Positions 37,281-50,239 of a stretch of 64,000 bases of DNA are shown here, piece by piece. This DNA comes from Camelus dromedarius (Eukaryota): contig NC_087442.1 in the NCBI RefSeq assembly GCF_036321535.1, positions 25,854,001 to 25,918,000 on the forward strand, given 5' to 3'. The position numbers were made by a program, and so were the translations under genes. How positions within the stretch are numbered: position 1 is the first letter of the stretch; each line of letters starts with the position of its first letter. The notes under the pieces were generated by a model, which saw only the letters and a program-made list of their open reading frames with translations, made no database searches and had not been told where the DNA came from.

Positions 37281-40200
37281 TTTTCAGTAGAATCAGTCCC
37301 CAGCTGAGCAGCATTCTGCCCTGCTACTTTTTTCCCAGAACCGAAGAAATACAAAATGACTTGGCACCAGACGTTAAGAACGAATACACTTCTTCAGTTC
37401 TTGTTTTTCTCCCACAAGTGTATTAAGGATAAGTAGCACTAACAATGCGTTAATTCTCGCCTGGCTTGAGACTCAGTGAAGCACACCAGTTACCATCAGC
37501 GTGATTTTACCGATCATTTTGGTTTCTCGGATGGCAATTAAAATGAACATTCTGGTTATTATTCCCTTTTGATGAGAGTTAGCCCTATCTTTTCAGATGA
37601 GAATCTCAACAATAACCCCCCCAAAAAAAAACCAAAAAAAAAACCCGACAAAAAACCAAATCAAAGCAAACAAACAAACAGAAAAACCCTCCTAAACACC
37701 CTGGACTGATTAAATTAAAAAGGAAAATGAAGATTGAGTCCTTCTCGATTCAACTTGAGTTTTCAAAATGATGAACGTTATTCATGAATGTTTTACGGTT
37801 CACTTGAATGCATATTTTATCAACTTTGAATGCATCTGCAAATTTCTCTTTTAATTTTGTCTTTTAAAAATAGTAAAACCGAAACTTGTCTTGCCAAGAT
37901 TTAAAGGGATATTAGTTTTCTCCTCACATATTCTGTCTGGTCTTGGGAGAGGGGTCCATTGTACCCAAGGACAACAGTTTCTTTGCAGTGCTGAATCTTA
38001 GACACTAAAGACAGCCTCTCTTCAATGGGGTTACTACAGGGGAAAAAAGAAAATTTCAGTACATCATAGCAGGGACAATCTAATCCTCTTTGCTTGTGCA
38101 TCTGCTCTGGCAGTTTTGCTCTGCAAATCAAAAGGCATCCCATTAATTAAAGTTCCTTTTCCTTTCATTTTTATTCAGCTTGTGAAATGTGACCACTATT
38201 CACCCCAAAAAAAGAAAAAAAAAGTTTCAGGCCACTTTGGTCACAAATACCCCTCCCCCAAGGGTGTGCACTTTGATTTGTTGTCTGGTTTCCGCTGACT
38301 GTTCTTCCTCATTTTTTTTTTTTTTTCTCCCTAAGAAGGAGCCCTTCTGCTTTGGCAGAGTGCAATATATTCAGAGAGCTTTACAAAACAAAGCTTTCAG
38401 CTCTGAGTCAGCAACAAACTCATCTTTGTTCGCGTGGTTCTATTAAGGAAAGAAGGCCAATTTTCTGCAGGTTTCTGTGGCTGGCTTCACAAAGGCATCG
38501 CTCTGTGTGCAAGCTCTCTGGCAGGAACAGCCGACTCTGAGATCATCGTTTTCCATGATGACCAGCTGCAATGATCGAAGAAAGAAAATCATAAACTGGT
38601 TTATAGAGTGATTTTCCTGAGGGGCCTGAAATATAGGATTCATTCACTGGGAGACACTAAAAAAAAGGCAGCTCATTGGTTGCATTCACATGTACAGCCC
38701 AAGGCCCCGTCCACATTTTCCTTTATCTCCAAACACACTTTGATTGGACATTCACATCATTTGTCTTGAGGAGGAAGTGGAGCTCATTTGCATTTCCCTG
38801 GGTTTCCCAGGAAATTCCCAGGAATTCTTGCCCTTCATTCGATGGTGTTTTCGTGTGTTTGGGATCACATTAAATTATAATCTCACAGTGTGTCTCCAGG
38901 TACTGAACTTTTGTTTAACACTATAACTAAAGGACTGTTAAGATTTCCAGTTGGCCCTCAGGGAGATGGCTTAAGACTTCTAGGACATATAGCAAACGTT
39001 CAGAATAGAAAAAAAGAGTCTCATACTCCTGAAGCAAGGTTTTTAAAAAACATACCCCTGTTTGCCATGAGAATTAACAAGACAGAGTTAGAAGATGTGA
39101 AACTGTCAAGCAAGCTGTGCTAGTGCTGCCTCCTTAACAGTGCTCTATGATAGGTTTATACATATTTGGATTTAAAAGATTTCTAGACTGAAAAAATTGA
39201 GTGGGAAATGCTGATCTTAACAAAAGGAAACTTCTCTTAAGTGCAGGACGTCTCAGAATCTTAAATATGCTAATGCACACCGTCATTTTCTAAAAAGATG
39301 CCTTCTTCTCCTTCCGTCCTCTCAGGAACATCTGCTTAAACTTATATTCCATAGAGCTTATTTTGGGGGAAGTGCTGATCAAAACCAGTGGGATGATTGA
39401 CAACTAAATGCTTCAGAAGTTTAGGTGATCTTGGATGAAGTTTGCAAGAGGAGCTTCAGACATTTGTTTTAATATGGATATATCAAATATTTAGTCAGAT
39501 GTTATCTGAAACTAGCTATTCAGAAGGCAATTACAGCATGAAATAAGAGAGCCCTGTACCTCACCCCCTCCAAGTGTTATCTTTTTATACGTTGAGCATT
39601 AGAGGATCTCTATTGGTTTATGGGTACCCTGGTTGTATGACTCTCAGTTCCAAGCCTTCATGGCATAGAAAAAGAGCTGTGATGGAATGCAAAAAAGTCC
39701 AGGCTATGTTAAGTACATGGAAACCTAGCAGGGACCACTTTGCTTCTTCTCAATTCATGGCTACCAATTAGTCCAGAAATCATTTTTTTGCCATGTTTAA
39801 GTATGATGTATTTTTTTGTCATCATATGAAAACTGCTAGCAAAGACTTTCTTCATTCTTCTTTTTAATTGTTTCAAACAAGAAATATTTACTAAATGCTA
39901 GCTTTGTACCAGGTACATTGCAAATAAGACAAACAGACATGATCCTTGCTCTTCTGGAACTTACCAGCTAGAAAGGAGAAATATCATGTTTCATAATTTC
40001 TAGTCACATGATGATTTGTTCGTTTTTCCAAAGGGATTTCTGTGCATTTAGAACTGAGTGGGCAGGGCAGAAATTATGGATATTTTGAAAGAGTAATGCA
40101 TCGGATCCATCCTGAAACTTTCCTGACCCGAAGGGGTCACCCTTATAGGCATCAAACCTATATTTTGTTGTTGCAAGCACCTTGCCTTTAGCATGACTTT

Positions 40201-43004
40201 ACTTTGGGCAGAAATTCATGATGGATAGGGATTATTTGCCCAGAACTCCTGAGCAACTGTTTCTGTTTTTCAGTGACTGATGAGTCACAGTTCAAAGGAG
40301 ATGTAATCAGTGTGTCAATTGTAAAAAATCGAGGGTGAATTCTACTCTGGAATCCCTGATACAGGTCTAAACTTATCTCTAGTTAAAAAATAAATCCTCA
40401 AGGCACATACCTGAGTACTTGATATAGTACACCACATAAAGGATCTTTCTGCATTCTTGAAGCAAGTTGGGGCTTGGGTTGAGGGTGTTTTTCTTATGAA
40501 AAAGGGAAAGATAATGGCTGAACTACAGAACAAGACAGTGAAAGTTACAGTACTCAGTACATTTCTGCAGAAGTTACACAGTCAGTTATTTGAAGGATTT
40601 TAAAAGGATCAAAAATAAACATCACTATAAAAATGTGAAATTCGTGATATCATTGTCAATAAGTCTTCTTTGAAATCAACTAAATGGTACAGCCTTTTAA
40701 TTACTGAAACAGGAAACGCTTTTAAAATGTTGAAGTTACAGTACTTCCAAAAGTCATCATCTACATGAATTAAATGTAGCCACCTCATAGGGAAATATAT
40801 TACCTCATTGAGTAATATAAACTTCAGTAAGTCAAGGAAATGATTTATATTCATTCAGAACACAGCTGAGGAAAAAAGTGTATATAATCTTGGTTTCTAG
40901 CTCCTGAGTGTATGTACTATAATGTTTGTTTCTTCATCTCTTCCCATTGTTTTAGTAAATAAATCAGTCATTTGTATGATTTCTACTGCAATTTTTAATG
41001 TTTGGCTGTCTGGCCTGTTTCTGTGTATTTGTCTTTTTTTTTTTTTTTTTTTTTTGTAGTCCAGATCGATCTAGTCAATTCAAGTTTATTTATTTGTTCA
41101 AGAAATATTTAAGCACCTCCTACTGACTACAAGCACTAAAGATAAATGTTTAAAGTGGAAAGGATGCTTTTATAGGATGTTACTTGAAAAATCATCATAT
41201 ATGCACATGTAATGATTCATATTTTTATATGATGTATTGTATCAGGTGGAGACTGTTTCTCCTCTTTAACTTTAACGCCTTTATTCCACCCACATACTGT
41301 GTATTGAAGGATAACAAGTACTTGAGGCACTGGTCCATGCAGATGGCTTCTCCTGCCTCGTTTACCAACCTCAGAACATTTCTGCAGCTACACTGCTGCA
41401 GACGAGCTACACTGTCAGTTATTTGAAGGATTTTAAACGGATCAAAAATAAACATCACTATAAAAATGTGAGATTTTTGATATTGTTACTAAAGAAATCT
41501 TCGAAATCAACTGAATAGTACACTTTTTAATTACTGAAAGAGGAAATGCTTTTAAAAATGTTAAAGATTATGGCAGCTTATTCATCCTGCTTAATTGAAG
41601 TTGACATCGTAAGCAAATTGCAGATTAATCACTCATTCACTTCTCTTTTATGTGTGTCATATGCTTGTATGTGTGTGAGAGAGAAAGAGAGAGACCCTGG
41701 TACTTGTCAAGAAGTGTACTGGGAGCTGAGTGTACAGCAGTAAATAAAAGAGATCAGGGTTCCTGCCTTTGTGGAACTTAATTCAAATGGAGGGAAGCTG
41801 TTTAATAAAAGGCCAGGTGCTATTTTAGGAAAGTGCTAGGGGAGAACTGAAGTAGTATCGGGGCAGAGAGGACAACAGACAGGAGGGGTTTGACACAGTA
41901 AATGTGGATGACCTCTCTTATGAAGCCATACTTGAGAAAAGACTTAACGTTTGGAAGCGAGGCTTTCAGCTATCTGAGAGAGAGCATTCCGGAAAGAAGG
42001 GCCTGTACGTGGAAGGCTCTAAGGCAGAAGCATGCCAGCTGTGATTTAGTAACAGAAAGACAGCCCGTAGGAGCAGGGCAGAGTGGGGCGGGCGCAGAAG
42101 GTGCGCTAACGAGGAGACAGCGCCCACCTTACACAGGTGGGCCCAGGGGCAAGAGCACATGGAGGCGCACGGATGATGTGTCTGAATGTTTAAAGGTTAC
42201 AAGTCAAGCTAACATACTTTTAAATACAATATGTTCTCTCCCTCTTCTTTAACCTTCATAACACCCAGGAAGCCAGGTTTAAATGTAAAATTCTTGGACT
42301 CATATTTCCAGGTTGGTGAATAAGAAATTGGCCCCTGGTCCTTGGTCTTCAGCCCCACCTGTATTGTGAGAGATTGTACATATATATGGACATCCCAGAC
42401 CATTACAGTCAAGTGCCACTTCCACCCCTGCAAACCGCTGCCTCTTGGGTGCACATCTGCAGTGAGACCTGTCCTTAGAGAGATGGATCGTATGAACAAT
42501 AGACTGCAGCCCTGGATGCAGGCTTGCAGACATCGGGTGGGGAATTCTGGGCCCCTGGAGAACCAGGGCACTTTCCAGAAGTGGGCTGTAGACTCCAGTT
42601 CTGCACATTCCAGTGACTTGTAGACTCCTCAGCTGGTAGGAGGTGAGTGGGAGCAATTGGTCATAGAGTTGGAGAGAGGTAAAAACTGGGCTCTGTAAAC
42701 ATGCTCCAAGCCAGGTTCTAAGAATGGTACCAGCTGTTCTTGTAAATCTTGGTAAAGATTTGGCTTTTAATGTAACATTGAAGTGTTTCAATTTGCATTT
42801 TCAAAGTCTCACTTTGGCCGCTGTACAGAGAGTCACCTGGAGTAGAACCAGAATTAAAGGAGGGACCTCAGTCAAGAGGCTATCATAGAATTTTAGACAG
42901 GAGATGGAAATCTCTGTGGCTTCCTATGAACACCCATTGGTTCCCAATAGACAAAATACTCTCACACTTTTAAAAGCCCTTGGAGATTCTAGAAAACATT
43001 TTTA

Positions 43005-43540
43005 TGTGGGAGGAGAACAAAAGTGAGAAATGAAAGCTATTTTCACCCACACAGCTTACCAGTTACATTAATGTGTCTTTATAATTCAGCTGTCTTCACT
43101 AACATGATTTTACTTATCCACTATTTTTATCAACATGATTTTAGTATTTCAGAAAACTCTTGCACCAAAAGATGTAAGTTACAAATAGCTTTATTGTTTG
43201 CTCCAAGAGCTACCTGAAAAAAAAAATGAACCTCAGACTGTTCAGCTTTTCTATAGATAGCATCAAATGACTGACTCTTCCTCTTCCAGGCTCTGAAAAC
43301 TTCTCTAGAAAACCTCACCTTGCCATGTTCATCAGTACTAATCTATTTTATCATGATCCTTACACAATCTCAATAAAGCCCTTTGCCTTGGGAAACAGTC
43401 TTAAACCAGTCCCAAATCTCCCAAATTTGCCCTCCCTCCTTGGAAAGGCTGCCAAAGTAGTATTCTCCTTTATCTCATGAGGAATAAATTCAGCTTTGTC
43501 TCTTCAGTAGGTTATTTTGGTGATATTTATAGGGAAGCAT
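43005..43540 (+). mobile_element. 5' LTR of an ancient ERV1 provirus (MER34/MER90/MER92-like)
   Basis: Starts TGTGGGAGG and ends ...gaataaattcagctttgtctcttcagtaggttattttggtgatatt...gggaagca. Homologous to 50240-50765. Confidence 0.7.
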
Positions 43541-43831
43541 CTTGGAAGCCTGTTGAGAGCCGATCAAGATCTCACACTTCTGCAGCCCATGACCATCAAT
43601 CTGGAAGTAGAGCAATCCTCTGCAAGTCCTTGAGCTTTTAACTCAGGAGTATTGCTTTGGGTCCAGTCTCCTATTTCGATCTTTTTCTTTTCGTTTTTTT
43701 CCTTTTCCTTTGGTTCCCCAAATACTGACTTTATTTTGTCCTCTAGGAACAATAAGCCTTTTAAAGGAACCCTTTGATCACCTAATTAGATTTGTAAATC
43801 TCCTATTCTTGCTGGAAATCTGTCTTATTAC

Positions 43832-44832
43832 TGTGATATTGTGATATATAAGAAATATAAATTTGGTTATTCATGTATATATAAAGTCTTCATCCACAGT
43901 TTCTGGCTCACAGCTCCCCAAACCCTTCGAATTTTCTGAGCTATAAGAGCAATGAGAGTATCTTTTGTTATATATAATATTTGATCTCTTGTCCTCGGTT
44001 CCTGAAAACACTTCAGGGCCGTAAGGATGAAGTGAGAGTCTCATTATTCATAACAAGCCCGTTTCCACCACAACTGGGTTTATGTTAATGATGTGACTTT
44101 TGTAAAGCACCTAAGATTGGGTGCTGGCCCCAGGGGAACCAATCAAGAGTAGAAGGTTGTAGATTTAAGTCCTACCTCCTGAGATTTCCAGTGAGGGGAG
44201 AGGGGGTTAGAAGTTGAATCAAGCACCAATGGCCAATGACTTCATCAATCATGTCTGTGTAATGAAGTCTCCACAGAACCCCAGAGTGCGGCAGTTTGGA
44301 AGGCTTCCAAGCTCAGGAAACAGAACACCTCCAAGTATCGCAGTACTGGGCCCCAAACTCCATGAGGGCAGAAACCCCACTATTTGGTACCTCACCCTGT
44401 TTATCTCTTCATCTGGTTGTTGATTTATATCCTTCATAATATACCAGTAATCTAGAGAGTAAAAGGGCTTCTTGAGTTCTGTGAGCTGCTCTGGCAAATC
44501 AATTGAACCCAAGAAGGGGGTCATGGGAACCCCTGATTTATAGCCAGTCCCTCAGAAGTACGGGTAACAACTTGGACTTGCACGTGGTATCATGAGTTGG
44601 GGGTCACTGGAACTTCCCACTTGTCACTGGTCGGTCAGAAGCACAGGTAACAACCTGGGCTTGTGATTGGCATCTGAAGTGGAGGGCAGTCTTGTGGGAC
44701 TAAGCTGCTAACCTGTGGAATCTGATGCTGTCTCCAGGCAGATAGTGTCAGAACTGAATCGAATTCTTGGACACCCTGCTGATGTGGGGAATCTCCTACC
44801 TCCACACATTGGAAATTGGGTCCAGGAACCCA
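43832..44832 (+). mobile_element. MER21-family (ERVL) solo LTR inserted in the provirus leader
   Basis: TGTGATATTGTGATATATAAGAAATATA start and CA end. 5-bp TSD ATTAC (43827-43831) / GTTAC (44833-44837). Confidence 0.85.
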
Positions 44833-45227
44833 GTTACGGATGCCACTAAATTTGTCTCTGTCTTTGTCATTTTTTGGTGTATGTCTATAAATGTTAAGTT
44901 CATAGGGAAGAGGACAGGTATAGGCCCCATAAGTCTGTTCCTCAAGCAATTCTAAGACTGAGAAATTCAGAAGGTTTCTACTCAAGCTGGCTTCACTTGG
45001 ACAAAATTTGCTCCAGATTATTGGTCATTTATCACAGTCCCATGGGAGATTTCCTTAGCCTTGTTTTTTTTAGTGAGTCTGGTTTGAAAGAGATCGCCTT
45101 TAAATTTTTCCACCTCTTAGAAACTAAATTAGTTCAGTTTACAGTTAGAGGCAGTCTAGCTTTAGGATGGGGCCCTGAAATGCAAGGTGCACCAGCCACA
45201 CTTACAACCAACTGTTCCTAGATTCTT

Positions 45228-45990
45228 GTGAGTTCCTCTCTGTCTACACCTAAAACAGCTCCCCTCTGGATCAGACTCCTGTCTTTCATGTATTTATGCT
45301 ACAACCTAAAACTAGGTACTTACTTTCCTAAATGGCACAATTTCAGCAAGGATAATTTAGATTTACAGAAGCTACTTTGGGGAAAATTTTTAGATCAAGA
45401 AGAAACCCCGATGAATAATAGCCAGCATATTATAGAACTTTTGATTGCTCTAATGCTTCATAAGGAGGTTGCTATTATAAATAAGGAGTTCATTCACAAT
45501 TGGATACAGTGGAGGTTAAAGGAAATGGCCTGGCTGATCATTATACTAGACAGCAGCTTCACAAAACTCCTTACCCTCATGGTACACCAAGAGTCTAAAT
45601 CGTTGGAGAGTTTCAAAGGGTCTCTTACAAAATGCCAGCTATTAGCTCCAGAATTAGAAAATAAATACTGGGAGAAATCTGGATGAGAATTGTTTGAAGA
45701 CGACTTTTAATGCTCTTAGGATATATGCCTCATAGCACCAGAGAACCTCAAATAGGACCTTGCAACTGTAACAAATTACCCACCACAGCAAGGATGAATT
45801 GACTGCTATATTTAATCAACATGGATGGAGCAGTTTTATTGAAATTGCTGAGGGTGTGACTGGTTCAGGTATCATCTGTCAATAACGTAATTCTAGTAAA
45901 ACTGTAAAAGTGGAGCATGGACAAGGGTCCAAACCTCAGGACCCCTTGGTGCATCACCAAATGGACTTCATGAAATTACTCCCGATGTTT
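45228..45990 (+). pseudogene. ERV1 gag matrix remnant fused by deletion to pol RNase H C-terminus and integrase N-terminus
   Basis: SSSLSTP..SFMY..YN...KWHNFSKDNL.LQ..LWGKF (gag MA), then in the same frame TPMNNSQHIIELLIALMLHKEVAII (RNase H). Shifted-frame KGNGLADHY at 45518, then an integrase zinc-finger-like region and QMDFMKL at 45958. Confidence 0.8.
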
Positions 45991-45994
45991 TGTA

Positions 45995-47744
45995 AACCAC
46001 TTTATTGAGATGTGATTGACATACAAAAGGCTGTATTTATTTAATGTGTACAACCTGAGGAGTTTGGAGGTAAGTTAACACTGGTGAAACCATCACCATG
46101 ATCTATACCATAAGGCCATACATCATCTCCGAAAGTTTTCTCCTGCTCCATTTATTTTTTGCATAATAAGAAAACTTAATGCAAGATCTACAGTCTTAGC
46201 AAATTTTTAAGTATACATACAGTATCGGTATTATGTTGTACAATAAATCTCTAGAATTTATTCATCTCACACAACTGAAACTTTATACCTTTTGCCACCA
46301 TCTTCCCATTTGCCCCTCGACCCAGTCCCTTAGTAATCACCATTCTACTCTCTATTTCTATGGGTTTGACTATTTTAGATTACTCATATAAATGCGGTTC
46401 TGTAGTTTTTGTTCTTTTGTGTTTGGCTCATTTCACTTAGCGTAATGTGCTTCAGATTCATAGATGTCATTGCAGATGGCAGGATTTCCTTTTTAAGGCT
46501 AAATTAATATTCTGTTGTATGTATGTAACACATTTTCTTTATCTGTTCATCGATGGCCCTTTAGGTTTCCTCCATGTCTTGGGTATTGTAAACAATGATG
46601 CAGTGAACATAGGGATGCAGATTTCTCTTTGAGATCTTGATTTTNNNNNNNNNNNNNNNNNNNNNNNNNNNNNNNNNNNNNNNNNNNNNNNNNNNNNNNN
46701 NNNNNNNNNNNNNNNNNNNNNNNNNNNNNNNNNNNNNNNNNNNNNNNNNNNNNNNNNNNNNNNNNNNNNNNNNNNNNNNNNNNNNNNNNNNNNNNNNNNN
46801 NNNNNNNNNNNNNNNNNNNNNNNNNNNNNNNNNNNNNNNNNNNNNNNNNNNNNNNNNNNNNNNNNNNNNNNNNNNNNNNNNNNNNNNNNNNNNNNNNNNN
46901 NNNNNNNNNNNNNNNNNNNNNNNNNNNNNNNNNNNNNNNNNNNNNNNNNNNNNNNNNNNNNNNNNNNNNNNNNNNNNNNNNNNNNNNNNNNNNNNNNNNN
47001 NNNNNNNNNNNNNNNNNNNNNNNNNNNNNNNNNNNNNNNNNNNNNNNNNNNNNNNNNNNNNNNNNNNNNGCTACTATAATAAAAATACCAGAGAGTAAGT
47101 GGCTTAAACAATAGAAATGTATTTCTCACAGTTTTGGAGGTTGGAATGTCTAAGGGTGCCAATGTGTTCAAGCTCTGGTGAGATCCCTCTCACTGGTCAT
47201 AGACTGTTATCTTGTTATATTCTTACATGGTAGAGAGAGTAGAAGCAAGCTCTCACACGTCTTTTTTATAAGGACACCAGTGGCATTCATGAGGGCTCCA
47301 CCCTCATGAGGACTCCACCCTCATGATATAATTATCTCCCANNNNNNNNNNNNNNNNNNNNNNNNNNNNNNNNNNNNNNNNNNNNNNNNNNNNNNNNNNN
47401 NNNNNNNNNNNNNNNNNNNNNNNNNNNNNNNNNNNNNNNNNNNNNNNNNNNNNNNNNNNNNNNNNNNNNNNNNNNNNNNNNNNNNNNNNNNNNNNNNNNN
47501 NNNNNNNNNNNNNNNNNNNNNNNNNNNNNNNNNNNNATTCCACTTGTTGTATTTTGTTGCCTTTGCTTTTTGTGTTATATCAAAGAAATTATTGCCAAAG
47601 CCACTGTCAAGAACTTTTTCCCTATGTTTTCTTCTAGGAGTTTTACAGTTTCAGTCTTATGTCTTAAGTCTTTAATTCATTTAGAATTGACTTCTGTGCA
47701 TGGTGTAAAATAAGGGTCCAAATTTATTCTTTTGCATTTGAAAA
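45995..47744 (-). mobile_element. L1MA-type insertion (antisense) inside the ERV integrase, with N gaps 46645-47069 and 47342-47536
   Basis: tttattgagatgtgattgacatacaaaaggctg...aaacttaatgcaagatctacagtcttagcaaattt...ttgtgtttggctcatttcacttagc. L1 text resumes at 47537 (cctttgctttttgtgttatatcaaagaaattattgcc-like). Confidence 0.85.
47070..47341 (-). mobile_element. MLT1-type MaLR LTR fragment, apparently nested in the L1
   Basis: aaaataccagagagtaagtggcttaaacaatagaaatgtatttctcacagttttggagg...catgagggctccaccctcatga. Both ends lie in N gaps. Confidence 0.75.
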
Positions 47745-47893
47745 NNNNNNNNNNNNNNNNNNNNNNNNNNNNNNNNNNNNNNNNNNNNNNNNNNNNNNNN
47801 NNNNNNNNNNNNNNNNNNNNNNNNNNNNNNNNNNNNNNNNNNNNNNNNNNNNNNNNNNNNNNNNNNNNNNNNNNNNNNNNNNNNNNNNNNNNN

Positions 47894-48660
47894 TATTATG
47901 GTCATTGCTATTTCTCAGGATTTTAGCAGCATTTTCTTGCTTAAGAGATAGGCTCTAAAAATGCCAAAATGTGTTCCCAGTCTAGGAAATTCCAACTGAT
48001 CTTTCTGGCAAAGAGAGTACCCATTTCATTGAAACTATTGACAAAAAGCTTTGCAAAGTCCTACCAGTTAGAAACTATTGTACATATTGTCTCCAGTCAC
48101 TAGGGAAGGAAGAAAGAACAAACAGAACTCCAGAATTCAAATCATCAAAACTTTAAGAGACTCAGACTTCTAAGGCCTAAGGTATTGACACTGAGGTCTG
48201 CTCCTGGGTTTCAATGACTCTCCCCCTATCTTTAATAACAGACTGACCCATATAGCTACAAATATCACCTGCAATTCTGGACTCCACCTACAAAAAACAG
48301 TTATGATCAAATTTTGCAAGAGATTCGGGAGATAGATGCAGTTATTACCAAGAAGTTTTTTCAGCCTTTTCTCATATCCTTTCTAGAAAATCTTTGAATG
48401 AGCTAAAACCTGAGAGCAGGTCTTCTAGAAAGAGCCCACCAGGCACCGTTCACAACTAGAACAATAGTAAAATTCCAACGGGTTGATCTTTGGATTCATG
48501 TCTTTCAAATAAAGAGGTAAAAGATATTCTTGAATCACTGGAAGATGGTCCTTAGCAGAGATCTTAAGATGAGGACTCTCTGGATCTCTCCAGAAGCAGA
48601 CAATCTTCTGAAGGAGATTGTTTCATCTCAAGATCTTTTGGACTGAGCAGATGACTAGGT
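47894..48660 (+). pseudogene. ERV1 integrase core and C-terminal remnant
   Basis: FPV*EIPTDLSGKESTHFIETIDKKLCKVLPV and QSLGKEERTNRT (cf. WGIP..LSSDRGTHF and HPQSSGKVERTNRTLK), with stops and frameshifts. Confidence 0.8.
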
Positions 48661-48809
48661 GATATATCTACCTCTATCTTGATGTCTATAGATAGCTTCC
48701 ATCCATGATTCACAGAATAAGACTGGGGATTGTAATGCTTTAATCTGTATTATCTTGTTATTTATTTTTATAGACATTTTATTTATTTTGCTGGTTTAAG
48801 GCTATCTTC

Positions 48810-50210
48810 AACCATGTTATTTTAAGAACCCTATTCCTAATTTCAATATTTGCTTCCTTAGTCACTCTATTGTATGAGTCCCATGCATGGCTACAATTTA
48901 CTAGTAAACTAAAGCATACAACTAAATCAACAGAAAGCATATTTTCAGTTGGGAGCCACCCAGCTTCCCTTGATACCAGTTCCTTATAATAAATCCATTG
49001 CCGTCCTGGGTGACTGCATTTGACGGTTAGCTGACACTGTAGCTAGAAAACCCCACAACAGGCCAGATAGTAAGAAATCTGAAACCCCATATCCTACTGT
49101 ACTTACAAAATGAAGTTCCTGTCTCCACTGAAACATCATTCAGTGATCTTTTGTTGGGCCTCACTTTTGAAACTGAGCTTATACAAAAATAGAAGTGAGA
49201 CGGGACTATGGTACAAATGGTATATATTTGAAGGCCAACTAACTTTCAAAGATCTAAGAAAAACACACTAATTTTCTTTTGACTTAGATCCATTTAAGGA
49301 TCTTGAAACTACAAACGTCATTGCTTGGCATTGGACCATTCTTGACAAGTGGTGCCAAGCTTCATAATACTATTTGACAGTTGATTAAGGTAGATTATCC
49401 AAAAACAGATCACTAACTGGCTATCAATGGCTGGTATTGGATTTGTGTACAAAGGACTACTGATTTCTACCTGCCGACTGGACAGGAACTTGTTATACTG
49501 GTAATCTGATTCTTATCTTCAAGATAGTCTGCATCACCCAGGGACCCTTTTAGCCTGTCCATTTTCCCTTTTAGAAAAAATTTGCTATACGCCTTAAAAT
49601 AGGCCTGGGAAGTAGGAAGAATTCTACATGCCATGGTTCACAAACTAACAAAAGAGCTAGAAAGTGCCACCAAGAGGAGCCTCACTTGAGAAATTCATGA
49701 AACTGGACAGGTGCTTGTTCAGAATAGAGCCTCTTCAGATATAATATTGGCCTCTTAAGAGGAGTATATGCTGTTTCAGGGGAGGAATGTTGTGCTTACA
49801 TTGTTGCAGACTTCTTTTGTACTTTAACATCACTAAAAAGATTTGGAAGGGAAGAAACCACAAAATTGTCAGTTTGGCTTATAAACCAGTCTCTGGTACA
49901 TTGGCCCTTTGGTTTGAAGATGAGATCTATTCTCTGTCTAATTTGGAAACCTTAATTCCTGGCTGACAAGTGAATCACAAACTCTAAACATAATTTTCCC
50001 CTCAGTGTTTGGTTGCAGTGTTCAGATACATGATCTCCAGATTTTTGAACTATGTTGAGTAGCCACTGTGCCATTGAATTCAACAAATGACCATCCAACA
50101 AAAAGAACAGGAAGACCTGACACTTGTCGAGGTTGAAACAACCATCCCTGGAAATGTGATACACTTCATGACAACTCATGTCATGACAGTTTGTGTTGAT
50201 CACATCACCA
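48810..50210 (+). pseudogene. ERV1 (gamma-type) env remnant
   Basis: Hydrophobic leader near 48820. WYWIC...LPADWTGTCY at 49432-49497. TM immunosuppressive domain EIHETGQVLVQNRASSDIILAS* followed by frameshifted GVYAVSGEECCAYI (49690-49802; CX6CC-derived). Multiple stops. Confidence 0.85.
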
Positions 50211-50239
50211 GTTGTTAATGGACCCTCTCACAGCCCAGG

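Noticed and set aside
42209-42791. Cluster of overlapping 93-163 aa ORFs
   Set aside because: GC-richer block that looks like an old LTR; open on both strands with no recognisable protein.
48810-50210. Possible domesticated syncytin/HEMO-like env gene
   Set aside because: Many stops and frameshifts, including a stop and a frameshift in the immunosuppressive domain and loss of the first Cys of CX6CC; it cannot encode a functional Env.
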